From Amoebidium appalachense (taxonomy: Eukaryota > Protista > Ichthyosporea), in assembly GCA_963693365.1 (NCBI GenBank), contig CAVNZM010000004.1, forward strand, positions 8,956,468 through 9,020,467: 64,000 bases of DNA. The letters run 5' to 3'. Under the pieces are notes generated by a model. The model did no database searches. It was not told the DNA's origin and saw only the letters and a program-made list of their open reading frames with translations. Shown here in pieces: positions 13,092 to 27,249 of the stretch (positions within the stretch are counted from its first letter, which is position 1; each line of letters opens with the position of its first letter). The translations under genes were made by a program, and so were the position numbers.

Positions 13092-14501
13092 GCCCTGCCT
13101 TTTCCCCCTCCTCCCCCCCTCCTCCCCATGCACCCAAATTGACAAGCCCCCCTTCGCCTCCTGACCCCCCCGGACCCCGCCTGGTGCTTAAAGTACGGCG
13201 TCCCCAGATAATTGCAGCATTTCTGGCGGACCTGACGTCCCTTCACCTCCACAAGAGCTTTTTTTTGGTGCGATTTGCGCGCACACCCTGCACCTTTTGA
13301 ACTGGAAAACTCGAAAAGGTGCCGATTCTACTGACAGCCGGCCATCTTTTTGGTCAAGTACTAGAGCTTTTACAAACCTTATCATTGAAAACACTGCCGT
13401 TAAACAAAAGCTCAGTTCAAATATATGATTTCATGGTCTTGTACGTTATATCTCCCCTTATAATTTGTACGTGGACACGTCGTTTTTCTACATGTCTATT
13501 TTGTTGGGTGGAAGTACTGTTGGTCTTGGTGCCGACACATCATCACAGCTCACCTACATGTCGTTAATAAACAGCACTCCCCCCCCCCCCCCCCCCCCCA
13601 ATTAATCGTTATCAGAAGCTCTGCTTTACGCACATGTCAGAAGGGTGCACCTGCAAGTGTCCCGGATACTCTGCAAGCACATATGTCTCAGTATAGGGAG
13701 CGGTTGTAGTACAGACTCCTCCGCGAATAAGAACTCCCGCCAATAAGATTTCGCCTCCGGAAAATTTGGTTTTTTTTTTTTTAGATTCTGCCCCCCACCA
13801 GTTTTTGGCATGATCTCATTGGCGGGCGGATGAATAAATCATACTGGAGTCTCCCCCACCAATTTAATTCTGATCCCCGATCCGCCTAAAAATTTAAGAT
13901 TCCGCCCCCCGGCCCCATTTTGGGGGGTTCTTATTCACGGACGGTATCTTTAGCAAAGTGACTCACATCAGAACATCTTTATAAGGTGGGTCGGGTATCA
14001 ATCGGGGGCCTGGTTGAAATTTCGATTCATGTCATAGTTGCTTTCAAGTTTTCATGATTTGGGGTTAATGGGTAGAGCCCGCGGTGGAGGTGCTGGGGTC
14101 GGGGGGATTACACAAGGCTGTAGTCTGAAGAACCGCAGAAAGTTGGGGGAGAGGCGGTGGTGGCGAGGGGGGAGGGGGGGGTAGGGGGGGGGGGGGGGGG
14201 GGGAGGGGAGGGGGGAGGGGGTGTTGGCAAGGAGAAGGCGATTGGTGGTAGTTTTATGTATTTCTGTGGTAGTGTGGGTGTTGGGAAGGGGGGGAGGGGG
14301 GGGGGGGAGGGGGGGGGGGGGGGGAGGGGGGTTGTCCCTGGGAAGGACACGGAGGCCCCAGGGTCGAAGGAGATGGACATCATGCAGCTGTCTACGTTTT
14401 CAATTCTTCCATTCATTGCATATCATAGCCTAACCCGTGTTGCCTAAGATTATCCCTATTGAAAGTGTCGACAGGTAATGGGGATGGGGTAGGAGAGGCA
14501 C

Positions 14502-14539
<38 letters not shown>

Positions 14540-15407
14540 CCCTGTGGTGTTGGTGTTGGTGGTTTACTTTTATTTATTTTTTATTTTTTATTTTTTAATT
14601 TTTTTCGGGGGGGGGGGGGGGGGGGGAGGGAGGGGGGGGGGAGGGGGGGAGGGGGTGGGGGGGAGGCACGAGAAGATTCAATGAGAGTTTTGATGACATC
14701 CTTTTTTTTTTAAAATAAATTCCATCTAGATCTGGGCATCAGACAGGGCTAAGCCTGGATACAATGAGTACAATTTGTAGATACAACATGATAGTCATTT
14801 AGATAGCTTCACCGGATATCCAATGAGATATACCAAATACAATATCTAAACTCTGAACTTCATGAAAAAAGTCAGTTACGGAGGTAAACGAACACGAAAG
14901 TGATATTCTTCGTCCTGGTGTTAACCTGTTTTCTTTTCTCGCTTATGGCATGCTTAAGGATATGATGTATTTGCTCTACCGTTGAACTGCATATAAGCCT
15001 AAACGTTTTTCTACCCGCCAGCCTCTCCCCTTCCCCCCCCCCCCCCCCCCCTTTCCCCTCTATCCTCTCCCCGCGCCCCCCCCCCCCCCCCCCTCCCCCC
15101 TCCTCCGACCCCCTCCCCCCGCGACCCCCTCCCCCCGCCTTCCTCAAAATGCAAACAAGATCGTACGGACACACATACAACACCTAACAGCCCCGGTAAT
15201 AATGATACCTCCCCCCCCTCCCCCCCCTCCCCCGGCCCCCTGTCCCCCCCCCCCCCCCCCCCCCCCCCCGGGCCCTATTTTGTGCTTTCCCATGCTGTAT
15301 CACGTTTTCAGTTGTGAAATTTGTACTTAATTCCCTTCAACACTCTAAGCAACCCCCCTTCCCCCCCCCCCCCTCCCCCCCCCCCCCCCCCCCCCCCCCC
15401 AAGTACC

Positions 15408-15439
<32 letters not shown>

Positions 15440-15513
15440 CCTGTACGTACCTCCTGGAAATTCCAAAAACACACACACAAGCACATGACCCCAGCCTCCA
15501 CCCCCACTATAAT

Positions 15514-15676
<163 letters not shown>

Positions 15677-15694
15677 CGTAGAGACACACACACA

Positions 15695-15729
<35 letters not shown>

Positions 15730-15769
15730 CCGCCCCCTCTCTCCCTCTCTCTCTCCGTCTCTGTCTCTG

Positions 15770-15859
<90 letters not shown>

Positions 15860-16314
15860 GCACGCACACACACACACGCACACACACACACACACATGGC
15901 ACACACACACACACACATCTTTATCCGATTCTCTCTCTCTCTCTCTAGAGTCTCTCTCTCTCTCTCTCCCTGTGTGTGTGTGTGTGTGTATGCGTGCGTG
16001 CATTCGCCTGTGTGTGGGTGTGGGTGGGTGTGCGTGTGCGTGTGTGTCACGTGTGTGTGTGTGTCTGTGTGTGTGTCTGTGTGTATCTGTCTCACGTTAA
16101 TGTGCAGCGCCTATGTATCACGCTGGCAAGAAAAATGATTTCAATGGTTTGCCCTGCAGCAGGTGTGCTTGACAGCTCGATCCAATTTATGCTTCCTTAT
16201 CCTTCCAAATCCCCCCCCCCCCCCCCCTAACCCCCCCCCGTCTCCCAGCCCCCCCCCCCCCCCCCCCTCCCCCCCTATCCGCTACTCCCCCCTGCCTCCC
16301 CCCGCCCCCACCCC

Positions 16315-16345
<31 letters not shown>

Positions 16346-16543
16346 AAAAAAAAAAAAGTCTTTTCCTCCCCTCCCAAAACGTTGTCCGCTAGCTTATATT
16401 GAAAACTTTGGGTTTGTGAACTTCGGGTTTCGGGGGAAAACGAGGGGACAGAGTAAGGGAGAAAGGGAGAGGGGGGAGGGGGGTGGGGAAGGAGGGAGGG
16501 AGGGGGGAGAGAGAGAGGTGTGTGTGTGTGTGTGTGTGTATGG

Positions 16544-16580
<37 letters not shown>

Positions 16581-17067
16581 CGCGCGCGCGCATGCGTGAG
16601 GGTGAGAGGGAGAAAGAAAGAGAGAGAGAGAGGTGTGTGTGTGTGTGTGTGTTTGCAATTGTGTCCGACGGTATGTGTGTGTATCCGGATGAGGGGGGGA
16701 GGGGGGGGGGGGGAGGGGAGGGAGGGATCGGTGTTTTGATCTAGTGAAATGGATGGATATTTGCAATGCAACATTATACCGGATGTGGCTCAGTATTTAC
16801 TAATTCTTCACATTGTGGGTGGACACTGAATCAACTTTCAGTCGTTCTTGCGCATTGGATTCATTGCACATGTTCTGTCGCACACCTTTTTAACCCACTA
16901 TAAAAAGGAAATATACCTACACTGTGAAATTCAATGCTCGGTGCATACACCCACATACAATAGTCAAACAGCTATAACACCTAGTAGCCCTACAAATTTA
17001 CAAGTTGAAACTTTTTGGCATATGTATACGTGCTAGTGTACCGTGCCCGCGCACTGATATTTTTGAC

Positions 17068-18018
17068 TCACAATTCAGACAAGATTTTATCTAGCTCACC
17101 CCCAATCTCAACCACATCCGGTATTAGGTTAAGGCCTCTGTGTACACTGCGGCACTCTCCTAGGCAAGGCATTATAGAACAGTATTTTTCGATGAATCGA
17201 GCTTGCATCAGTGTGTTGGTATCCTTTCGGGTCCCATCTAACCACATTCATTCCGCATGTTCTCAGTGACTCGCTGAATGGGTCCCATATCTCCTTGTAC
17301 ATATGGATGAAGTATACGGTCGAGTTTGAGGCATGTAGCAGGCGTTAGACAACCCTGCCCCGTGCAATCCAAACATAAAATCCGCACGTGCACGTGACAT
17401 GGCTCTAATCTGATCAGCCGAACTCATACCTTCTGTGTCCAGTCCCTTGTACGCCCACCCGTGTTTCTCGGCGATTACTCGCGTCATGTTAAGGACGTTG
17501 TTAAAGTTAATGAGTTGCTGTGCCTCTCCTGTTTTGGCTTGCGCACAAGATGCACAAAGTTGTGTCTTCCTTTAACAGTAGATGGTGGTTCGATCCTTAA
17601 AGTCTCCCACACATCGTGACGAACAGCATTGCCAGCAGCTGGGTCACTCACATACTCGCGCCAGTGCACTATCTTTGAGACAAAGCGACATGTTATGGTG
17701 CGTGGATATGTGTTCCTCGAGCCATGTTATGTTCAGGTTGAATCGTCGTGCTAATAAGTCAACGCCTCGTGGTTGAAATTTTGGTCGAACCAACTCTTTT
17801 CAGACAAAATGAAGAGGGTGTATTTTTGGTTGGGGACCCGAACGTTCATAGATGCGTCTGTTGAAGACTCTGTGAGAAGGGAAGATGCCTGCATGTCTGG
17901 GAAGTGTGAAGGGGAGAGGAAAGGGGTCGGGAGAAGGAGGTTGGTCGTATTTGCTTATTTGGCACAGCATTTCTGGTTTTTTGTTGGCAAAAACCTTTGA
18001 CGTTATTGTCTTGCACAC
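17068..18018 (-). pseudogene. Decayed glycosyltransferase family 61 gene
   Basis: Fragments in different frames, separated by stops and frameshifts, include QIRAMSRARADFMFGLHGAGLSNACYM (the GT61 G.HGAGL.N motif) and NFVHLVRK upstream. The 5' boundary is uncertain. Confidence 0.7.
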
Positions 18019-18097
18019 TCATCCCCCCCCCCTCCCCCCCCCCCCCTCCTCCTCTTCACTTGCTCATGAGCCCACACAAGGGCACCTCGTAAGCCAA

Positions 18098-18128
<31 letters not shown>

Positions 18129-18169
18129 ACACACCCACCCCTTTCCCCTAAACATACATACACCGTGAC

Positions 18170-18269
<100 letters not shown>

Positions 18270-18538
18270 GACAGACACACACACACGAGTGGGTCTTAAT
18301 CAATCACACACACGGGCACACATACCAGGTATAGTATGTATGCAAAGACCCACTTGTCCCCGCAGGCCCTAAGGCTTATCCACCTGTCACCGGGACTGGT
18401 GTCTATATTTGTGTCCAAATGTGTTTGAAATGACTGCCTTTTGGCCTCGTTTATAGCAACAGTTCTGAGAATTTTATTTAAAGAGCAAGGATCATAAGGG
18501 GCCCCGTTTCCCCCCCCCCCTCCCCCCCCCCCCCCCTC

Positions 18539-18572
<34 letters not shown>

Positions 18573-18630
18573 AACACACACACACACACACACACACAAC
18601 TACCCGACAATGGCATGACAAAATTACTAT

Positions 18631-19143
18631 TGCTGCCGTGTTTTCAGCCTTCAGCAGTATGGCAATGACTGAGTTTGCTTGCATGCATTCTGTAGTTGTG
18701 TTTTCCTGTGTGTCCTGCCACAACTAGGCCACCTTATCATAGAGTAAGAGACAGCTTCTGCGGGTTTTCTAGGGAACGGGCCCGTGGGGATTGTTTTCTC
18801 GCTCGGATTTGGTCTGCATTGGTTTTTAAAGGGCTGACTTGCTTGCTGTGCCCCGGTAGGTTTTGAGAAGGGCCTGTTGGGGGGCAGCAGTAATGATGTC
18901 TTCTTGCGGAGTGTGGCCTGGCCATCATCGCTGCATATGACTAGTTGGAGCAAACTAGTTTCACGCATACACGTGCACTTGTACCTTTGCCCGCTGGTGT
19001 CCTTTGGTCGCTTGTTGTTTTATTTTTTATTTCATCGCTGTGGCTCTTTCGAAGTCGGTTATTTTGGTGGTCATGTAGCCTGTGGCTGCATGTTGCCTTC
19101 ATATCCACTGGACTACTGATCAATAAATCCCAGTCAAGAGAAA
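18631..19143 (+). mobile_element. Dispersed repeat family A, second locus (5'-truncated retroposon-like copy)
   Basis: Homologous to about 9150-9540. Ends in GATCAATAAA...A-rich sequence. Flanked by the direct repeat AAAATTACTAT (18620-18630 / 19144-19154), a likely TSD. Confidence 0.65.
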
Positions 19144-20223
19144 AAAATTACTATGATAATGGAGCCGAGCCTATATAGGACCCCGGAAAATTTAAAAAAA
19201 TTAGCCTATTTTCAAAGTAACCACGATCTTAATTTCGGCCATCCCCTGTGGCAGCGCTTAGCTCAGGGCCCCAGGCGTGAATCCAAACTTATCAGTCCCC
19301 CACAGATTCCCCCACGGATTAGCGGGGAGGGGGGGGGGGGGGGGGGGGAGGGGGGGGAAGGGGTTATTGAGGCTACGCATGCTGAAGATATATGTGTACT
19401 GGGTTACCTGCGGATGGATGTTACCACAGGTTCAGTATTAATCCCTACCCTAGTCGATGTTTTGTCTGGATTTTGTGTAAGGCTTGTTATGTATTATGCA
19501 TACCCCCTCCCCCGGCCCCCTCCTCTCCCCCCTCCCCCCGGGGCCCTCCCCCCCCCCCCAAAAAAAAAAACTTTTCCCTCCCGAGGCTCCCCCTTCTCCC
19601 CTCCTCCCTTCCCTCCCCTCCCCCCTCCCCCCTCCCCCCCCCCCCCCCCCCCCAGCTCCCTTTCCCTAGCTAGAAATTCTTTCTAATATGAGCTCTTCTA
19701 CCTTTTGAAGAATCTGAATATGAGTTACTGTCTTCTTCATACTGCGTGACACATGCTGGGCCCCCATCCCCCCCACCCCCCTCCTGGGTGACTCGGGTCC
19801 CGTTCCTCCCCCTTTCCCCTTCCACTTTGTCGTACACGCACACCACAGACATGTACACACGCGCGTACATACACACACACATACACACACACACACACAC
19901 ACACAGTGTCACACACACACACGCACACACACACGCGTGCGTGCGTGCACACACACACAAACACACACAGAGAGCCTCGACTTGAAACTTTCACACACAC
20001 AAGCGTGTGGACACACACACACACTGTGGCGCAGGCACGGGCGCACACGATTGCTATGGCCCTGGGTCACACACACGCTGTCTCGCACATCCATGTATTA
20101 TGGCACGCACACACCCATACAACCCCCCCCCCCCCCCCCCCTCCTTCCCCCCCCCTTCCCCCCCTCCCCCCTCCTTCCTCCCCCTCTCCCCCCTCCCCCC
20201 CCCCCCCCCCCCCCCCCGACGCG

Positions 20224-20294
<71 letters not shown>

Positions 20295-20639
20295 CGCACA
20301 CCACACATCGCATACACCGCACACAACACACGCACCAGGAAGTTACATGCACACACACACACTCACACACACACAAGCCATCGCACCCCTTCACTAGATC
20401 TTTCTATGAAATTAATTGGGTTCCTTAGAACCCCCCTACATTTGCTGCACCTCCCCAATTCATCATTGGCCACACACCGTACACAAGCGCCATCCACCAT
20501 CACCCAGGATGGAATCGAAAGGGGTCTGCGCTGCCGGGACATCACGTGACCCGGGCCCGAGTCACCCTATTGGTCAATTTTTCTTGATTCAGAATCTGAA
20601 TTTTTTTTACTTGAGTATCATGATGAAGATTTAGGCCAC

Positions 20640-21120
20640 TGCTCCTCGACCCCAAAACAAAACACAAACACAAACGCAAAAACCACAAACCAGAGCAGCC
20701 AACCGTAGAAAGAAACCTGCCAAAACACTGGGCGGCTGCTCCCCCCCCCCCCCCCCCCCCCCCCCTCCCCCCTTCCCCCTCCCCCACCACACACACACCA
20801 CCCACCCACCCGCCCACCCATACTTTGCCGGCTTGCCTGAAAAGCAGACACGTACACCGGACAGCGGAGTGCAAAACAATAACACCTATACAGGCACAGA
20901 GCAGCCACCACCACACAACACGACATGGAATACAGCATGCATCCCACCACCCCAAACCCACCGCACCACCACATTATGTTAGACCCCCCAGTCAATAGGG
21001 AAATTTTCGAAAGGGGACTATGCGAGGCTTTTGAAAGCCGTCAGCCTGTTGAAAATAGAACAAGCCCCCCTAGCTTCGTGTAAATTTGACCTGACAAAGC
21101 CCCATTGTCCTGCCACGTTT
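20640..21120 (+). repeat. Dispersed repeat family B, copy 2 (boundaries approximate)
   Basis: Colinear similarity with about 11990-12480. Confidence 0.55.
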
Positions 21121-21414
21121 GTTTGACGTACTCAGGTCTGGAAAGTAGCCTACGGTATATGGCCCAATATGGGTACCTTGGGGCCGCTACCCACCAAAGG
21201 GCAGTGGTGCTGAAGAAGACGGCTATAGAAAAATGTTCAGATCATATGGTTCCTTAACGTGAATTAAAATTTTAAATTTGTGCTCTCCGATACCCAATCG
21301 AATACCATATTAGGACAGCCCCACCCCCCTCCCCTTCCCCCGTCCCTGTATCCCTCTCTTTAAAATAATTGACAGTGACAGTGCCCCCCCCCCCCTCCCT
21401 CCCCCGGGGAGTTG

Positions 21415-21445
<31 letters not shown>

Positions 21446-21725
21446 CACGTTGGAAACTGCCAAGTTGTTGGCAGTTCTTTGTGCACGTGTTTCTGCATGC
21501 TCACGGGAGTCTGTCCTTTTATGTGCACCCTTCTTTTTGTTTTTAGTCTTCAGGTTTTCGATAAGTTCTCCCTTTTGTTTTTCCCGTTTTTGTGGGGTGC
21601 TTTCCAGATAATTTTGAATTTTGATTTCGGCCTCTGTCTGTGCGTGTGGTGCATGGTTCCCAATTGTCCGATGCTTCATTGTATCAGTGCATCCGCCTAT
21701 GTTTAACTTAAATGCGCATCATGAA

Positions 21726-21768
<43 letters not shown>

Positions 21769-22248
21769 CCCCAGGTGTACATGTCAACTCATCGGTCCTC
21801 ACTTTGGAGGCCATTATGCGTTCCCACTGACTTCCCAGGCCTAGGAGATTTTAGGTGCATAATATTTGTTGAGTTATTGTGTTTGCGAGATTACATGCAT
21901 AGTATTTTGGTTGGCCATACTATGCCACGGTTGGGCTTCTCAGCCGGGGGTGGGGGGAGAGGGTAGGCCATGTGGCAATAGACGCCGGCTGGGGGAGTGT
22001 ACACTGCATGCCATGGTACTGTACGGGTAATGCGGGCATCCCCTGAGCTAGGGACAGGCATCGGCGTGCCGAAGGCACGCGGGCCCCCGGAAATTTTAAG
22101 GAACGTGGTGCACGTGCACGTGGTCCCTGAGGGAAACCCACCGGCACTAGGCGTCGGGCTAGTCCCTCGAATGGTTACCCTGTTCGATTTTCCGCCTGTG
22201 AACCTGCTTTTTTGCTGTGTTTTTATAAGTTCTTGCACTCGAAGTGGC

Positions 22249-22300
<52 letters not shown>

Positions 22301-22710
22301 CCTTTCCTTTTCCCTCCTCGGCCCCACCACTGTGAAAAGGTTCTACCAACGTTAACGAGCTAAATAGCTACTTCGATGTCGTCTTTGAGATTATTTTTCC
22401 CAGCGCGGTCGGCCCGCTTGATCCTACGACCTTTTTTTTCAAATTCATTTTTTCGCGCTACTAGCCTACATATATCGTGTGTGTCCGAACTCAGTCCGTC
22501 AGTCGGCGAACAACTGAATCTCTCCGAGGTGCCGTCGTTTTTGATTGGATAGTTTCCCAGGCACCTGATTTGAGCAGCGGCTATTGGCCGACAGGACGCA
22601 TATACAGGACGCATATGAGTTAACTAAGCCCACCCCGTTACATCATGCATACGTACTGGCACGTCGCTTGTTGTTGACCTTTGTACACCACAAACTGCAA
22701 GTGTGTGACA

Positions 22711-24246
22711 ATGCCTCATAATAGTTTAACTTTAATAGCACTTGTTAGTGCGTTTGGGTGTTTCTTCGTGCACGCAGGGAGCCTGCGTGCGGGGCGTATT
22801 CCCAATATCACCTCTCTTGCAGACATACCTTCCTGCAACCTCCCGCCCGCGACGTTCAAAGCCCTTCAAGCCCGTTACAACCGCACGCACGCAGGGGAAA
22901 TCGAGTATGGGCAGACACTTCCACGCGGCCCCAACATCAACACGTATGCTGGACTACAGCCTGTGGTTGCAAAAGAGTATGACGTCTCCAGGGCCACACG
23001 TGCTATGTTTGGTGACGACACTGCGTTTTATGAAGCACCCTTGTTTACCGTGATTAAAGAACGACTGAGAACACCCAACACCACCGAGTTCTTGGCGAAA
23101 TTCAGGTTCAACTACACAGACGACTGGCTCTTTGCTCTAAACGCGGCACGGTGCTCCGACTACTCGGTGGTGTACGAGGTTGCGGCAAAAATAAACCTGG
23201 GAGAGGCGATAACGGACAACAAGGAGGTAATGAGGTACACCCAGAGAATTGTTGACTACTACTGGATGCTAAACGAGTGGATGGGCTACGAAAATGCGAC
23301 ACAGTCGGAAAATGAAAAATATGCAGACAACATCGAGGCATGTCTCGAGGACCCTTCCCAAACGTGCGCGTGTGTCGATAGTCCTGACGACTATTTATGG
23401 ACATCTTCCTACCAGGCGTTTTCAAGCGGCATCTACGGTCCGCCCTGCCTGATTCTCAAGCCTGATACCCTGTGGAGAGGTGTGGACCTGAACATTGTGC
23501 AGAGCAGAACGGGGCCCGACGCTAATTTTAACGGCGAGATTAATGATTTTGGCGAGATTATCGTTCCGGGCTACATTATGCCCAATCTGGTACTGGGGTG
23601 GGAGGATAGAGACGTGTCAGCACAGCGCGGTATTCAATGGAAGGAGCCATACGCTTTGACCTTCCATATTAGGCAGGTAGAATTTGAGAACAGAGCCATG
23701 GTGCTCGTTTTTGTTCCTAAAGCTGGCGACCTATTGTATTGCATCGAAAACAATCAAACAAGGGGCTATTTTGTCGAATGTCAGTATGTTGAAAAGGCTG
23801 ACCCAATCCATCTTTCAACCCCCGCCCCCCTCGCCGGCGTTCTTTACCTTTCGGAGAGCAATGAGTGGAACAATGATACCAAAGTTGCCATGCGGTTCCT
23901 GAACAATTACTATCAGAGTATTCCTGAAAACCTTAGGGACGCGATGATCAGGGACGTGGCGAATATACCTTCATCTCTTGCGGACGCTGTGTTTTCACCC
24001 AAGGGTCCACTCGAAGTTAACGGGAGGACTGTAAATTTTCTCGGATATACGGAAAAGGAAAGTGCACCCCTTTGCAATAGCACCAACTCGGTGAGCCAAC
24101 CAACGTCGCCCGACATCAAGAAATGGTGCAGAGCTTTTGCCCCTGCCTCCTCCACCAACAACGAATCGCATGCACAGACCCACCAGCCAATAGGCTACGG
24201 GATAGTTCTGCTTGGTTTCCTTAGCTTCACAGGCGGCCACATGTAA
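22711..24246 (+). CDS. Secreted, probably GPI-anchored 511-aa glycoprotein with a candidate R-S-E-class ADP-ribosyltransferase domain; intronless
   Basis: ATG at 22711, signal peptide, 9 N-X-S/T sequons and a hydrophobic C-terminal tail. Motifs YLWTSS, RGVDLN and DFGEIIVPGYIMPNLVLGW. Coding status is strong; the function is inferred. Confidence 0.8.
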   Translation: MPHNSLTLIALVSAFGCFFVHAGSLRAGRIPNITSLADIPSCNLPPATFKALQARYNRTHAGEIEYGQTLPRGPNINTYAGLQPVVAKEYDVSRATRAMFGDDTAFYEAPLFTVIKERLRTPNTTEFLAKFRFNYTDDWLFALNAARCSDYSVVYEVAAKINLGEAITDNKEVMRYTQRIVDYYWMLNEWMGYENATQSENEKYADNIEACLEDPSQTCACVDSPDDYLWTSSYQAFSSGIYGPPCLILKPDTLWRGVDLNIVQSRTGPDANFNGEINDFGEIIVPGYIMPNLVLGWEDRDVSAQRGIQWKEPYALTFHIRQVEFENRAMVLVFVPKAGDLLYCIENNQTRGYFVECQYVEKADPIHLSTPAPLAGVLYLSESNEWNNDTKVAMRFLNNYYQSIPENLRDAMIRDVANIPSSLADAVFSPKGPLEVNGRTVNFLGYTEKESAPLCNSTNSVSQPTSPDIKKWCRAFAPASSTNNESHAQTHQPIGYGIVLLGFLSFTGGHM

Positions 24247-24510
24247 TTAGGAGGTCGTCAGAAACAGGCTACTATAAAATTGGTCGCACGCCATATTAAT
24301 GTAGCATGCACAGCAATATTTACTCTGGCATACGTACGTATAAAGTTTCCACCCGCCGCCCAGGGCTACTTTACTCTTTTGTAGATGATTCCGGTGCTTC
24401 TGAGAGGTCTTAACTGTTAGTCTTGATTATTGAGCACACATACGCACACGTGCACGTACACACACACACATACGCACATGCACGCACACACACGCGTGCG
24501 CACACACACG

Positions 24511-24545
<35 letters not shown>

Positions 24546-24881
24546 TGGGCACACACACACACACATGCACACACACACACACACACAAACATGTGGCACA
24601 CTTGCAACACTTGCCAGCCGCAAGTTTGCAACCAATTGAAATTCGACAAAGTCATAAGATTCACACTGAAGCCGTTAGAGGGGGTTTCTTCTAGGTATCC
24701 GGGTCAGGCCAGGCCCGAGTGGGATATATGCAATATGATTGGCTTGATGCCCATTAAACACAGTGCCAGCATTTAGGCCGACCCGAGGACCAAAGAGCGG
24801 TTACAATAAATCGGCTAAAAAGAACGGCCCGGTTTAAGCTTAATGTGTATGTTTGTGTGTGTGCGTGGTGGTGGTGATGGT

Positions 24882-24920
<39 letters not shown>

Positions 24921-25238
24921 GCTCGAAGAGGAGGGGGTGCGCGCATGTGCATGTGCGTGTGCATGTGCGTGTCGGCGGCGTGTGCGTGAGTGTGCGTGAG
25001 TGTGCGTGACGTGTGTCTGCCCGCATGTGTGGTGTGCCGTGCACGTGTGTGGCACGGTTTGTGCGTGCCCGCATGTTCAAGTGTGCACACATGTGTGACT
25101 GTGCATGATTAATACTGCCGTGTGAATGTGTGCACAGTACTGCCCAAGCCATGTTATGATAACATGGCTTGGGTGTGTGACGTTTGTTGCCACCTATATC
25201 TCCCTAATCCTCCGATCCCCTTCCCTCCCTGGAGCGCG

Positions 25239-25276
<38 letters not shown>

Positions 25277-25774
25277 TTTTTTTTTGAAGGGGGGAGCCTC
25301 CAAGAGCCATCGACGTACCACCCCTTCTGGCCGTCTGGGCCACTGCCTTTGGGGGCCCACCCACTCTTTAGTCAGCCAGCTACACGGCTTAGGCGCTTCA
25401 CAACGTCGGGTGGGACCTCGAGTTCCAGGGGGCAGGAGGGGGGGGGGGGGGGGGGGGAGAGGGAGGGAGGGGGGGGGGGGGGAGGAGGAGGGGGGAGGGG
25501 GAGGGGGGGGGAAGTATACTGTTTTGTACAAAATTCCATCCATGGCATGCAGAGTGCACAGTGGTGTTTTACAGAGCACAATAGAAAACACACGAGAGAA
25601 AGCAACCGGAGTTGTTATGAGGATAATATACTATGTGAAACAGCAACAACTGATGTTATTTGCGCCTCGGGCCACTATTTGTTAGCGTTCATGCCCGTGC
25701 ATTATCTAATCATTTTGAAAAGTATTGGACGCGCGCCCGCGCACACGCACACACTGGCATACGCGTGCGCACAC

Positions 25775-25902
<128 letters not shown>

Positions 25903-25994
25903 TCACTCACTCACTCACACTCACACACAAACATTAAACACACACACACACACACACGTGACACACACACACACACCAGAGTGCACATATAGTT

Positions 25995-26061
<67 letters not shown>

Positions 26062-26068
26062 CTCTCGG

Positions 26069-26109
<41 letters not shown>

Positions 26110-27249
26110 TCTCTCTCTCTCTCTCTCTCTCTCCCCCTCCCTCCCTCCCTCTCTCTCTCTCTCCCCCCCCCCCCCCCCCCTCGGCTCTCTCTCTCTCTCT
26201 CTCCCCCCCCCCTTCCCCCCCCCCCCCCCCCCCCCCCCCCCAAATCGTGGGCAGGCACCGTCGTCTACAAAGCCTTGCTGGCACGGTCAGCTGCAGAAAG
26301 CCTGCGACAACAGCTGGCTCACACGAGAGCAACTGGCTAACGCCCAGCAAGCGCTCCTGAACCACCTCCACCACAAACACACTGCCGCAAAACATCAACT
26401 TGTGTGAACCTTCGTCGCGGGATCCCACCGACAGCCAATCCAATTACTGAATCATTGGATATCAATCATTGACTGGCATAACACGTATTATACAACGGTA
26501 TAACGGTCATTTATGACTTAACTCTATTTTACTTTACTAAGGTATGCTCTGCTGGTTTTCAAGTATTTTTGGGGCCTAAAGTTCGCTAGTTCGCAAAATA
26601 TCGCAAAAACATCAAAAAAAGTTCGCTAAATTACAAACTCAACGTTAAACGTTCATCCTAGTTGAACAGGTATGTTGCCTTTGTTGTGAATTACTGTAGT
26701 ACATGTCCGAGGGACATCCTGCCCGGGAAGAGCGTGATGTTGGGGGGGTAGGGGGGGGAAGGGGGGGGGGGGGGGTGGAGCGGGGGAGGGGGGAGTTGGG
26801 GAGGGGGGGGGGAGGAGGGGAGGACGGAGAGATCAAATAGAAGGTGGCTACGAGATTCAATGATTAGATTAGGGCGGGGAGGATGAAAAGAGATGAAAAA
26901 TTCGGTCAGGCAGTTGTTGTTCTAAAGATTGTAGACTCTTTACAAGTTGGAATGTTCGTGAACTTTTCAAAAAAAAAAAGTCAAAGAAGACGACAAGCGT
27001 TTGAATGATGGAAAGTGAAAACCGATCGACTCGATGGTTAAGGACATTTTTTTAATTTTTTTTATTTTATCCCGTTTCACTCCCGGCGAGGCACTGCCTC
27101 AGGGGAGCTTACCGTCTTCCGCCTAGACACAGATCGTACTGTATAGCACACTCATTGAAGTCAGGATTCTAATTGACCCCAACTGGCACTATTTTTAGTT
27201 ACGCCTTATCCCACGGTTCTAGCCGCAGCAACGCTAGTGGGGAAGTGAG

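Noticed and set aside
26260-26407. LLNHLHHKH resembling the end of a BED zinc finger
   Set aside because: No upstream CxxC pair in the proper context and no transposase sequence nearby.
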